64,000 nt of DNA from positions 9,796,001 through 9,860,000 of the forward strand of contig CM022672.1 of NCBI GenBank assembly GCA_012295275.1, read 5' to 3'. Positions 16,220-30,416 of the stretch are shown piece by piece (the first letter of the stretch is position 1; each line of letters opens with the position of its first letter). The notes under the pieces are model-generated. The model saw only the letters and a list, made by a program, of their open reading frames with translations, had not been told where the DNA came from and searched no databases. Made by a program: the position numbers and the translations under genes. The stretch comes from Chrysomallon squamiferum. Lineage: Eukaryota > Animalia > Mollusca.

Positions 16220-16755
16220 AATGTGATTTGTCTTTGTCTGCACTGCTGCACAAGTCACTGGCATGTTACACTATCATCTTTATTTCCTATCACTGTTAAC
16301 TCTGCTTACACACTGTCATATGTGTCTACACAAATTATCTCTATCTTTCAACACCAGTTTCTTAATCTACACCTCTTGTTTCTGTCTAAACCACTGTCAC
16401 CTCTATCTGTTTTGTTTATTTCTATCTCTACACTTTTGTAATCTAAGCATACATCTCTGTGATTGTTATATATACTTCTGTGATCTGTGTTTACATTTCT
16501 GTAAATAGTCTGTACCTCTGCAATAAATCGATACCTCTGTAATCTGCCACACTTCTGTAACATGTCTACATTCTGCAATCTGTGTCTACACTTCTGTAAT
16601 CTGTCTACACTTCTGTAATCTGTCTACACTTCTGTAATCTCTGTCTACACCTTTTGTCAATCTCTGCCTACATCTCTAAAATGTGTCTACACCTACATCA
16701 ATGCGATGTATGGCTACCCAAATGTCATCTTCACCTCTGTAACCACTGTCTGCAG
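16220..16755. repeat. Minisatellite, ~19-21 bp unit (CTGTCTACACTTCTGTAAT)
   Basis: Near-perfect copies at ~16580-16650 that decay outward. Confidence 0.85.
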
Positions 16756-17284
16756 AATCCAGATCAAATAAACACCTTGAGTAAGTTTCTGACTGAAGCA
16801 GTTCACCAACTGTCAAGTGTGAAAATTAATTAGCTATCTGCGGGTTACTCACAGAGGATATAAAACTCTGGCTGAGAGGGAAAAAACCAGCACACTGACA
16901 GACGGCTGTGTGGACTGGCAGACAGTACGAGTCTCACGTGTACGCTAAAAGTGACATTAATCTAAAATTTACAACAGCACTGCAAGGAAAAACTAGAGAC
17001 AACATTGATTTGCCAAAAATAAGGAGTAATAAAAACATTTTTGGCTGTTTTTTTTTTTTCTTCATTTCTTATTTTTTGTTTTGTTTTGCTGGTTCTGATT
17101 TTCTTACAAAATAGTTAAAGAAAGCAAATTGTTTTAATTTTTTTTTTCTCGTCCTTTGTTATCAGTTTAATTTAAATGAAAAAATAAAATTGTTAATATA
17201 TGAATTAAAACTTATTAATATCTAATGTGAAACACCCACGTACACATATATGTATACAGAGAAGCAGAAAGATATGGAGAAAGA

Positions 17285-17490
17285 GATGTCACTGTCATCT
17301 CACTATGGGTTATTCCTCAACTAGCAGCAAGGGATATTTTATATGCACACTAGAAAATGTACATCTTAGTCTTTGATAAATAAGTAGTGAAGGGCACTGC
17401 CTGAATGAGATATTTCTGTCTTACACATAAACTAAACAGGATTGATCCCAATACATCCAGCTTTGAACTGCATGGCTTAACCAGAGCAAA
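17285..17490 (+). mobile_element. Decayed SINE-like dispersed repeat copy
   Basis: Core GCAGCAAGGGATATTTTATATGCAC recurs in diverged form at ~20533, ~25652, ~36612 and ~63822. Confidence 0.55.
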
Positions 17491-18203
17491 ACCAAAGCCA
17501 ATGAAATGCTTTGACAGAGATATTTAATACGAGGCACGGCTGGCTTTTATGTTTCTACACAGAGACCCCAGGTTTGAAAAGCAAGTAGAACTAACAACTG
17601 CAATGATAAATGAACCAATTTGGAGAAGGAAATGCATGGGACGTCCATGGGGGAGACAAACCTCTGATCTCGCCAAACAGATGCATGCAGCGTGGTATTT
17701 GTAAAGACAATACTGGAAAGAGAAATCTTAAGTGATACATCTCAATTGCAGTAATGACAGGAAAACTGTAAATTAGCGGTGGAAATCAATGCTACAAGAG
17801 AAGCGAGAAGGTGCAGTTAGACCAGATTTCACGTCATCCTGCCATTTTTCTTCGTAATTCTCAAATTAATGTGTCGCCAATGTTTGAATAATTATCCTCC
17901 CAAAAGGGTTCCAGTCTATCTGTACATGTCTAGCTTTTAGTGTCGAACACTTCGCCGTAATGAAACTCTCAGACACAAGTGAAACACATTTTACCACCCG
18001 CACCCACGCTTGTTTTTCTACTATTTTCATCTTGTTTTTATTCCTTTTTCATTACAGAGAAATTATTTTCTCTGATTATAATTAATGAAAAGTTAATGAA
18101 AAGGTAATAAAATGGAAATTAGTAATGATTATGAAATGAAAATAATATGGACAATAAAAAATAAAAAATAATAAAAAATAATAATAATGATGAAAATAAT
18201 ATA

Positions 18204-18253
<50 letters not shown>

Positions 18254-18889
18254 ATCTATATATATACATATATACAAAATTAAGTAAATTAATAATTTAC
18301 ATATAATTATGGAAGAAACAGAAGTAGCACAAGTAGTAGTAGTGTTCATAATAATAGTTGTAGTAGTAGTAGTGGTAATAGAAGTGGCGGCATTAGAAGT
18401 TATAGCAGTGATAATAGTAGTTGTAATAATAGTCATAGTGGTAATATAAGTGGTATTAGTACTGGTAGTTAATATAACAACAGTAGTAGCAGAAGTCTTA
18501 ATAACAATAACAGTAACAGTAAGAGAAGTATTGGCCAAGTCCTGTTTACATCAGTGGTAGCAACAGAAGAAAAACAATCAGGGACAGAAATGAGATGATC
18601 AGTTTCTACAAGTAATAACTGTGTGAAAAGAGTGTAAACACTGGGCTGGCTCATCAAGCACGGAGTGAAGTTTAATCAAAACACACCTCTCACTATTGTC
18701 TTCAGGTGAGAGAATTCAGAATTAATGTAATTGAATTATCGACAAAACACACAAACACAAATAAAAAGAAAAAGATAAAAAGAAAAAGAAAAATAGAAGA
18801 AAGAAAAAAGATCAATCTCTTAGGCTGATATATAATTTATCATGTTTAATTGACCCAACAAAGATGATTGCTATAGTAAAGTTTGTGTG

Positions 18890-19350
18890 AGATTTCTCAC
18901 CGTCTGTTCTTGACCTATTTATCACTGTCTTTTACTGACTTATTTCTCATTGTCTGTTATTGACCTATACCTCCCTGTCTGTTATTTACTTATTTCTGTC
19001 TGCTGTTTACTTATTTCTCTGTCTGTTGTTGACCTATTTATCATTGTCTATAGTTTACCTATTATTTACTGTCTGTTGCTAACCTATTTCTTACTGTCTG
19101 ATGTTGACTTATTTGTCACTGTCTTTTCATAACCTATTTCAAGTCTGTCCAATACATTTCTCACTGTTGTTGAACTATTTCTCATTGTCTGTTGTTGACA
19201 TATTTTCTCACTGTTATTCATCTATGTTTGACAAATTTGTCACTGTTTTTGACCTGTTTTCATTCTGTCTTCAGCTGACTAATTTCTCACTATCTTTGTC
19301 ATATTTCTCACTGTCTGTTGTTGACCCAATTCCCTCTGTTGTCATCTCCA
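18890..19350. repeat. Minisatellite, ~25 bp unit (CTGTCTGTTGTTGACCTATTTCTCA)
   Basis: Many tandem diverged copies; accounts for ORFs 18950 and 19101. Confidence 0.85.
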
Positions 19351-22300
19351 TCTAGCCTGAATTGGTACATTTCATATTCCTATCTTTGCAGAGTAAAACA
19401 TTATAATAATCTAAGGAAAATGGTGCCAAAAAACTGACGTATTGAAATTATTATTTTCTGTCTATGGCAGGGTGCCTATAGAAATTCTCTTACTGCTAAC
19501 TACTCAGATCAGCCCCAAATGTCAAAAGCAAATTTCTTGTTTTATATCTCAAATTTTGTAAGTGTTAGCTATCTGAATATAAGTGGAAATTTTGTTTAAA
19601 AAAATACAGAAGCAACAGAGTAAAACGAAATATTATGGAAATGGTCAGACAAATAGAATAAATGTATTAGAAGTTTTAAAAAGGATAAATTAATGATCCA
19701 TATACTCAAAAAAACAAACAAAAAACATTTGAAAATGAAAAAAGTAAATATACAGAAAAAAAGAACAGTGAAAGAAAATATTTGTTTAGGCATAAAATTT
19801 CGTCAATAAGGTATCATTCCTCAAGCAATCAGACAATTAACTGGATATTTAATGATGTCTGTGATGAAGTCCAAATGGTTTTTCTCTAATTCAGATAAAT
19901 TGTAAAAACATTTTCACAGATGTATTAATGGCAGTTATAGTCTTCGGTCAATGACTGCTGATAAAAAAAAGGGAAATATTGGTAACAGTTTACTGTTTAC
20001 AAAGATGAATAACTTTCTGTTATTTGTGCACAATAATAATGGCAATAAAAACAAACATTAAGAAGTTAACAGTAAAAGAAAACACTATTTGTCATGGAAC
20101 ACTATTTGTCATGGAAATTAAATGCTTCATAAAACTGGATTTTTTCTTCTCTCTTAGTTACAACAGGAAAGGAAAAAAAAAAAATGGTGATTATTATTAT
20201 ATTACCTATAATTATAAAAATTACAGCAGAAAAAAACAACAAACAAATCTCTCTTACAACCCCCAACAACATCCCCCGTCATTCATAATGCAAATTAACT
20301 GACCCAGTCAATAACAATTTTTTATTTCATTTATGGCTTAGTTTTTCTAGCAGTTAAATCAACACACACATCATTGATTATCTTACAAATCATTCTGTAT
20401 TTGTTGGTAACAAAATGTATTAATTTATATTTAATTAACGATTATTTGCTATGCAGCATTTTTTTTTTTTTCTGTAATGGTTAAATCAGAAAGGAAGCCT
20501 ACAGCTACAACATGATTTGTTCTTTTCAGTTAGAAGCAAGGAGTCTTTTTTTGTGTGGTCTTAACACACTAGTCAGATCAGGAAAAAGAGCAGAGGGTCC
20601 ACTGAGAAAACCTGATTCAAGAACCTATCACACATCATACAACACCTTTCTCTTCCACGTCCCATTCTCTCATACATAAAAATGGTAATTGATATTACAG
20701 ACATAATTTAAAGAGTACCATTGATGCACTGAAAAATATAAGTTAAATAAAAAATGTTTTATTCTCCCAAGATATTGCTGCATGGGTATTTAACAGACAA
20801 ATTTAACAGTATGGCAATGCAATTCAACTATCATGAAATGTTTTTTTGAAACATTTTTTTTTTTTTTTATCACATCAAAGGTACATTTTAAATTTTAAAC
20901 AAATAACAAATATTTACTCACTGATAAGTATCCATTTTCCTTACAAAGTGTAAAAGCTTCTTAAGACTTACCTAAAATTACACACAAAATAAAACATTAA
21001 TCAGTGAAAAATTCAATACATTTTAAACATTAAAACAACAACATATTGTTACCAAAATTACTGATAACATAAAATCAAACATCTGAAATATGAAATATGT
21101 ATATACATATAATTATGTCAATATATATATTGTGATAACATAATTAAAAAAAAAAAAAAAATGAGATAAAAAATTTAAAAAAAATTCTTATCTCCTATTA
21201 ACAACAATTGGATAAAATGAGTAGATAAACAGAGAAATGGATAAAATAACAGATCAACAGATGAATGGATGGATGCATAGATGGATAAATATTTAGATAA
21301 ATGGATAAATAAATGAAAAGAGGAATGATGATGGTTTGTTTGATGGATGTTGGTTTCTGTCATTTTCAACAACAAAAAAATAAAAATAAAATAAAAATGA
21401 TTCAGTTAACTTAAGATGAGAACTTTGTAGACGGTTAATAAATATATTTGTAATCACTATAAGACTTGATCATTTTAGTCATCATACACTGGAATGTTGT
21501 TACTTTGAAATCTGGTCACTGAAAACACAATCAGAAAGTGTGAAAGACCATGAGAATTCATCAGTCTCTCAATTACAGAACAATTAGGTCTGAAATAACT
21601 CCGGATTAATTCTGGTTCTGATTTCAAATATTCCATCAGTTTACATCATAAATGTAATGAGATTACAGAATGTAATGAGTTAACAGAAAGACAAAATAAA
21701 GAAAATTGAGTTTATTTATTTACTTATTAGAACGATGTCTATTATTGTTTCTGTTACTACCACTAGTACTAGTTCTGTTACTACTATTATTATTTATGCT
21801 ACTAGAAATGCTATTATTGTGATTATATCAAACATTTGGAAAGGACAGATTTTAAGCTTGTTTCTTTAAAACAACAACAATAACAAATACTAATTTTATG
21901 AAGAAAAAGAAGAAAAAAAAAAGGAGAAGTCAGAATTTATTTTCAGTTAATCTAGTTAATTTATTTAATCAAAAAAAATACTTTCCAAAAAGCTTCTTAA
22001 TACGTCTTGTAAGATTCAAATGAATGCCACTTTTTAACAGATGACACTGAAGATAATGTACATTTTATTTTTGGTTAAATGAAATCAGAGAGTTAGATTT
22101 TTTATTCTTAAATCATAGATTTGGGGATTTTTGCAAATCACAATTGGCATTTCATTTTAATACAAAAACAGAAGTGAAAATGAGAAAAAGACAAGTATTA
22201 AAAAATCATTAAATTTTTTTTTCCAATTTCTTAAATTGTTTTTGTGATAATTAAAAAAGCAAAAAATATTGTTTTTACTTCATCATTATCATCATCATCA

Positions 22301-22751
22301 TCATGATTATTATTATTATTTAAAAAGATGTTTCTTTTTATTCTTTTTTCATTTTTTCATTCATTCTGTTTATTTTTGTTTTGATAACAACGTTACTTTC
22401 AAAAACAACTTTCAAGACAACTTTTAAAATTCAAATTACACACTTTTTTCTTCACAAGATTTTATCTTTAAATAAATGAAACACTGTCTAGAATAAAAGC
22501 CAAGAAATAAACTTCAGACCAAACTAACCTCCAGTATTTGTCTGTCATGCTGAAGGGTTGAACAATAAAAAAAGAATTCCAAATTTTTGTTTTTCTATTT
22601 TAATCAGAAATGGTGACATTTCTCTTGCAGGCACAGAATATTTATTAAGTAGTGAATTATTAATGAATGAATTATTTAACAATATATTTTTAATTGATTT
22701 AGGAAGGAGAAGATATCCTATATTTTCTTTGATATTTTATTATCCCCAAAA

Positions 22752-22752
<1 letters not shown>

Positions 22753-22843
<91 letters not shown>

Positions 22844-22917
22844 GTAATAAATAAATAAATAAATAAAAAATAAAATAAAATGAAATAAAACAAAAGAAAA
22901 TTAATAATAATATAATG

Positions 22918-22962
<45 letters not shown>
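22753..22962. repeat. (AAT)n microsatellite cluster
   Basis: Long perfect AAT runs; similar runs at ~13463-13523, ~45010-45190 and ~54220-54280. Confidence 0.95.
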
Positions 22963-24639
22963 TTACATTTTATAAAATATGTCTAAATAACTGAAGACTA
23001 AATTACTCAAAAAACTTCCCAGAAAAAAGGAAAAAAATCCACTTTTAACAATTTCGTTGCTACTAAACAAACTTGGTACAGAAGAAATTTCCTCGAAGCA
23101 AATTTTGATAATTTGGTAACAATTGCTGTGTTAACCGCAATCACAACATTTTACACACTGCATATCATTGCATGCCGCAAGCTAAGCCAGTTTTCCATTG
23201 TGTTAATGGTGTCCACTAAGCAGAGCCCACAGCAATCAGCTTGGACCAGCCAACCACACTAATGAGCCAAACCTATTCCTGTTGGGCTACTTATTAAATA
23301 GATGGTCATTTTCTGGCAACTAATTCAGCATTAACACAGCAAAATGTCATAGGGTGAATGATGTAAACTGAAAATGTTTACTGGTCTAGGTGTTTGATTG
23401 AGTTTTGAAGTTATTTTATTTGTAATGTCAGATATGTAAACCGAGGGTTAATAGAGGTTATTAATTTAGTCCGATTTGTATTCTTTTTAAAAAAATTCTA
23501 ATTTTTTCTAATTTTTCTTTATCATCATCATCACCATTATTATTATTATTATTATTATTATTTTTTTTTTTTTTTTTTTTTTTTTTTATACATCATAGAG
23601 TAGAAAGAAAAAGAAGAGAAAATGCTTTTCTATTACTACTACTACCTCCATTAGCACTTCCACTATTACTACTACTGGTACTACTGTTACTGCTACTTCT
23701 AATAATTATACTACTACTAGTGTTACTATCATACAATTACTACCACTCCTACTACTAATAATGACACCAAAACAAATACTTTTATTCAGTTATGTTCTGA
23801 ATTTGGAAATTTGGTTATTTTCTGTTCAACAAATGAAATTCTGCATTGTTCTCTGATAACAGAGAACAGAATTTATAGTTTCCATATAATATTTTAACTA
23901 TAATTATTCAACTCACAAATACTTTTATTTCTTTAATTCATTTATATTTTTGTTTACTAATTTATATTATTTTTCTTCATTTTCAAAAGCTTCACTATAG
24001 AAAATGGCTATCTATAATTATTTATTTATTCATTTACTTATATTCTTAGTTTTCAAAAGCTCTGTCATGGACTACAGACATTCACAATTAAATGGCCAAA
24101 ACTTGAGTAACTAATATAAAACAAAAATAAACTAATGTTTGACAAATCACAGTTTACTCAAAGAAAATATTTTATTCTGTTACTGCAGCCAACCACCATC
24201 AGCAACACTATAAACATCTCCAACTTGATATAAAAACTTCTTTCATAAACTGCACTGCAAGATGCCCCATAACCCAACACCAATAGATAAAAAAAACTTC
24301 AATACTGCCAACAATTTACCATTTCCCTTCATGTTTTTCATCACCGGGCTGTAATCATATATTGGCTCTTTTCAAATGTCCCATTGGCACAAATTGTTCA
24401 TTATTTGTCGGAATCACGTCTTGCAGTATGTTTTCTTCAGATGAAGACTGAGACTGTTTTGTGCTGTTATCTGATAGTGAAGAGGAGACGAAGGGGGCAA
24501 TGCAATCTAGACTGACTGAATAATCAAACTACCTTTACTGACCTTGTTTCAGTCTGTTTCATTGATCAGCTAATTGACTGTGTCTACAGAAACCAGCCTC
24601 AGTTTATCAGCTGCTGTAACATCAGCTCTTGTGACGTGT

Positions 24640-25110
24640 AGATACTGGGATCAAATCCTTGTACTAACTTTTCACCCACAACGAAAAATAACACAAAATA
24701 AACTGATATTGGATGGAGTTTTGTTAGCTGTTACAATATTGCTTGTAACACTGGAATCAAATCCACGTAATAGCTGACACCCACATCTAAGTGTATCACC
24801 AAAATAAGCAGTTACTGGGTGGAGTTTTGTCAAGAGATCAAATCAGCTATTATGGTATTGAGCCTTGGTATTGTACACACTGGGATCAAATCCATATATT
24901 AGCTTTCACCCACATCTATGTGTAATACCAACTCAGCTGTTATAGGATGGAGTTTTGTAATTTATAGGTAATGGAATCAAATCTGCATATGAGATTTTAC
25001 TCACAACCAACCATAAGATCAAAATCAGCTTTAAATCCACACATGCCAGCATTTATCCACAGTGAAACTGAACAAAGACCAAAATTATCTGTTAAAGGAT
25101 AGAGCTTTCC
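24640..25110 (+). repeat. Tandem array of ~90-130 bp units with a tRNA B-box-like motif (SINE-head derived?)
   Basis: Repeated (CTG)GGATCAAATCC...CACCCACA...GGATGGAGTTTTGT blocks, 4-5 copies. Confidence 0.7.
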
Positions 25111-25256
25111 AACTTACAGGCAATTTAACATTTCTTATAAAGAGAACTTTATTTAAATTAATATAAAAGAATAAAAATAAATGTTCAAAAATAAAGAAAG
25201 AAAGAAAGAAAAAAGATTTTCAGAACAAATTAAAGAAATGATGATGATTATGGCAA

Positions 25257-25324
<68 letters not shown>

Positions 25325-25424
25325 GATACATAATAAAGATATACAAATAAGAAATATGGATAAGTGTTCCTCCAGTATTATTTCCTCTTTGTGTGAAAAT
25401 AAAATATGATTACAGACAAACCAA

Positions 25425-25462
<38 letters not shown>

Positions 25463-26595
25463 CGAAAATAGTCCTTCCTCAAAAGATTTCATGACCATCA
25501 AGATGTGGTCTATTTTCAATATGTCTGATGCCAGAAAGTTATCAGTTCATATTTTCATACCTCTCACATTTACCAGTGATATTTTATGGTATCAGTGGGG
25601 CAAAGTTTGTCTGAAGTACAGACATCTTATATTCAATGTTACATTAATTGTAAGCAAGGGATATCTTATGTGACTTTTTGCACATATAGCTAAACACCTT
25701 GGTATTTCATAAATAAGAGTTACTGTCAAGAATGGGAAACTGTAGGAGCAGCCAAAAGAATGATAAATTGATTTATTGGGATTTTTTACAAGTAAGAAAT
25801 ACGTTATTAATGTCTTTAGGTTTAATTTTTATAATAAGTAAATATGTTTTAATAAAGATTATTAAAAATTTTATTTTGAAGAAAAAACGAGTTGTTTTAT
25901 TTATATCACTTTTTTTTTTTTAACTTATTTTTTTTTTAGTATATTTTATTTATTTATTTATTTGTATATATGCAGATGAAAATCACAAATAACAATCAAC
26001 AAACGGATAATCTGATGAAACTTAAATATCAGTACTTGTGTTCTTGAATTGGACTGCGTCAGTTTTGGGGTTCATTAATATTTTATTTATATATATATAT
26101 AGTTTTATTTCACTAATTTATATTTCAGTGCTAATTCATAACATCCCAAATCTATTTTCTAACTGAACAAAACAGCCAAACTATGCATTCCAGACTGCTC
26201 GACTGAACTTGTCAATATATCTTTTTTAATAGGATTTTTATGGTGGTTTTTAATCAAATGGCCACTCTAGTCATATCATGTCAATTAATGTAAATTACAA
26301 CAAAACAAAAAAAAAAAAAGGAGAAAAGAAAAAAAAAGAGTAATAAATGGAAGTTAATGTTGTTTTAAAACAGAGAAAGAAATAAAAGGATAAAATTAAT
26401 AAATTAAACACACACATAACTCATTAATCATTCTAAATGTTAACTTTGCCACTAAATCAAATAGTACAAGTTGAAATAAAAATAAAATAAAAATGAAATT
26501 AATAAAAATAATAATAATAATATTGTTATTATTAATATATATAATTATTATAAATAAACAAATTGAAAAAATATATATACATCATAATCCCAATA

Positions 26596-26633
<38 letters not shown>

Positions 26634-27100
26634 CAGAAGAAGAAGAAAAAAAGAATTTTGTTTAATCTTCATTTCAGTTTATAATATTTTAGTATTGATT
26701 TCATAATAATACTAATAATTTGTTATTAAATTAACTAACTTTATACCTAACTGAATAAATAACTCAACACATAAATCTATTAATCTGTACATCAGATGTG
26801 TATCTAAATTTCCTCCATTTCTTTTCTTTCTCTTTTTCCATATCACATAAAAAATTACCCCATACATTTAAAGTTTAATTCAATCTGTATCCATGACAGA
26901 TATCTCATATTCCATAATCATTTTTTTTTTATTCAACACATCAATTTTCAGTGCTTTTGTTTTCTTTTCACAATTTATATCCAGAAAAGCAATTTCATCT
27001 GTTTTTAACTACAGATGAGAACAATAAAAATGAACAAAAGATGAATTAACTAAAAGGAAATCAATGTATTAGTACAGAAATGAAATTCTATCAACAGATG

Positions 27101-27140
<40 letters not shown>

Positions 27141-27252
27141 AAAGAAAGTTGAAAGACAGAGCATGTTTAAATAGTTGTACAAGTGGTGGTATTATTAATA
27201 TTAGTAGTAGCAGCAGCAGTAGTAGTAGTTGTATTAGTAGTAGTGGTGGTGG

Positions 27253-27307
<55 letters not shown>

Positions 27308-28714
27308 CTACCACAAAAAATCAATTTTAAAATTCAGTGCAATGTAACTTAATTTTAAAAGCCCACAATAATTTAAACTTTAATTCAATCTTTATATGCA
27401 ATCAACTCATACTTCATTTATATTGGGTTTTTTTTATAGATTAACTTTTTGTATTTTACTTTTAACAATAATATTCATATCAAGAAAAATAATTCCATCT
27501 ATCTTATTTTTAAAATAACCACAATTTAAAAAATAAAAAAAAAAAAAAAAATAAAAATAAATAAATAAAAATAAATAAATAAATAAAAATAAATAAATAA
27601 ATAAAAAATAAATAAATAAATAATAAATAAATAAATAAATATGAAATGTAAAATAATAATAATAATAACAACAACAACATAAAATTAACTGTACAAAAGA
27701 TGAATACAATGAGAAATTTAGAGACTATTTTCAAAGAAAATCAATGTATTGATAGAAAAAACAAATACTAAAGACACCCACACACAAGCTGACTTGCATG
27801 GATTAACAAACACTGTTACTTTATCAATATAATCTTCATACACCCCCATCTTCAACTTGAGTGAACTTTGCCATTTATTAACGAGCTTTTCACAGACAAA
27901 TGATGAAATAAAAATAAAATGATATCAATAACAATGTCAGCATAATAATAATAATATGACAAAGCACTAAGAAAATGTGATTAAAGTAAAGTACAACTTA
28001 AAAATAAATAAAAAAATAAAAAATAAATTTAATTTACTTTACATGTATATTCATATTTACTTGTTTATGTTTATTTGATTATTTATTTTATTTTATTTTA
28101 TTTTATTTTATTATTTATTTCTTTTTTGTAGAGTTTTTGGTACTCTGTAGTTTGATCAATCCAAGTATTATTATATTTTTTATTTGAAAAAAAAAAAAAA
28201 AAAAAAAAAAGAAATAAACAATTTTTGTCCTAAAAACTTTTTTGTAATTCATCTTACATCTAATTTTTTTTAAATGTCTTACTTCTTTTTTTTCATGAAA
28301 TATTTTTAATTCAAAAATATATAAAAAAGAATTTTTTTCAAAAAAGAAAGAATGAAAATAAAAACTTTGAAGGAGATTTTCTGAAAGAAAAACAAAATTT
28401 GAAAAAATTTGAAAAATTCCAAATATAACGTTAATAATTTGATAAAACAATTCATAAAATTTATTTTCATTATCTTTTTGAAAAATGATTTTTTTTTCTT
28501 GTACAAAAAGTTATTTATTTAGTATTTGATAATATGCATTGTTCTAAATTTTTATTTTCATACTACTTTTTATTTTATTTTATTTTTTAAATATTCATTC
28601 TTTTATTCAGAGTTAATTTTTATATCATAATTTTTTTTAGCCTCAGATTTTAATTTTCTTTAAAAGAATTCAAAATTAATTTAAGTATATATGTACTTGA
28701 ATTAGTGTGTGTGT

Positions 28715-28752
<38 letters not shown>

Positions 28753-29821
28753 ATATATATGTATGTGCATGTATTTATATAAAATTTATACTTTGATGGA
28801 AATTTTCAAGTTAAATTTAAAAAGAAAACAAAAGAGAAAGGTCTGAATATTCATAATTGGAAACAATGATCAGAAAATATGATCTAAGTATGAATTATTT
28901 TTACTTATTTTTTTTCTTTTAAATACATTTTTTTTTAATTATTTTTGGTATTGGTTTATAATTTGACATATATAATTTTCACTGAAGTATTTTAAGTGAC
29001 ATTTTTTATAATAGAATTTTTTTTTTTTTCTAAAGTGTTTTTTATATAGTTATGATACAGTACAATTTTTTTTTTTTTTCTTTTTTTTTTCTCTGAAATT
29101 ATTTCCATCAAAACACTTACTTGTCTATTTTCTAATACCTACACATTTATTATTTATTATTTTCATTTCAAACAAAAATCACCTTTTGGCAAACAATTAG
29201 AGAATTTATTTTAACATCATCTAAGACTAAATAATGAAAAAATAAAATTCAAATAATTTTTTTTTTTTTAAAAGATGATAATTAAAGAAAATAATAATAA
29301 AAAAATAATTTAAAAATGTAAAAAGATATTAAACAGAATTTTTTTTAAAGAAGTAACATGGTTGTATCTACAAAAACACAAATTACTGAAACTGATGACA
29401 GTTATCAAAATAATATAGTATGATTTAATATGAAATTCTGAGAGACAAATCATAAAATATACATTAATGTAAATAAATGACAAAGAATGTTCTTCAATTA
29501 TTTTTTTTCTTTCTTTTTTATTTATTTTAAACTTTGTTCTATTGTTAATTTTTAATTTTATTTATTTAGTTTTTAAATCTAAATTTAAGTGAAAAACCCC
29601 AAACATAATGAAATCTTTGAAACACCAAAATATGTAAAAACATATTCATTTATTTATACATTCTTATTTCAGGATCAAATCCCTTCAGTTACCACTGACT
29701 TTAACTTTATCCTACAACAACTTAACACACAAATTATTTCTGTTTTGTAACACAACACTAAAGGTTGGAAAAACATTCTTAGGAAAACATTATAAGAAAA
29801 ACAACTATTGTAACTTCTTTT

Positions 29822-29852
<31 letters not shown>

Positions 29853-30364
29853 GGTTTGTTGTAGTACAGGAAACTAGCTTTCCTTTTCATATAGCACTGA
29901 CAACTTTTACCAGGGTTGAACCTGTACAAGAATTTATAAACGAGAAACCATGACCATGTGGAATTTGTTTTCATTCTCAGGATGATAATTAGATAATACA
30001 CACAGAAATAAACACCACACAGAATAGGTCGATAAACTTGGATAAGTAGTACACTATTTTCTTGAAAAGAATCTAAATAAAAAAAATCTTGCATGTAAAC
30101 ACAGAAACTAGCTGATAGTTAAGTAAACAAATAAATAAAAAGGGAAATGAAAAAAGCTTGTGTCTTGATTTGTTTTCCTTTTTTTTTTTTTTTGTGGAGT
30201 CAAAGTAGACCACTATATTAATTAATAAAATAAAAAATGCGAAAAAAAGGTATGTACTAGTTTTCCAATGTTTTTTGCTTTAAATGGAACCTTAAATAAA
30301 TAATTACATAAATCTAACCTTTTTTTTATGGTATTGCACTATTTCTGCCTGTGCACGTGTGTGT

Positions 30365-30416
<52 letters not shown>

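Noticed and set aside
23835-23875. Small hairpin TGTTCTCTG-ATAA-CAGAGAACA
   Set aside because: The stem is too short for a pre-miRNA and I recognise no known mature miRNA.
24320-24506. Minus-strand exon-like segment with AG/GT ends
   Set aside because: The frames I translated contain internal stops and there is no recognisable domain.
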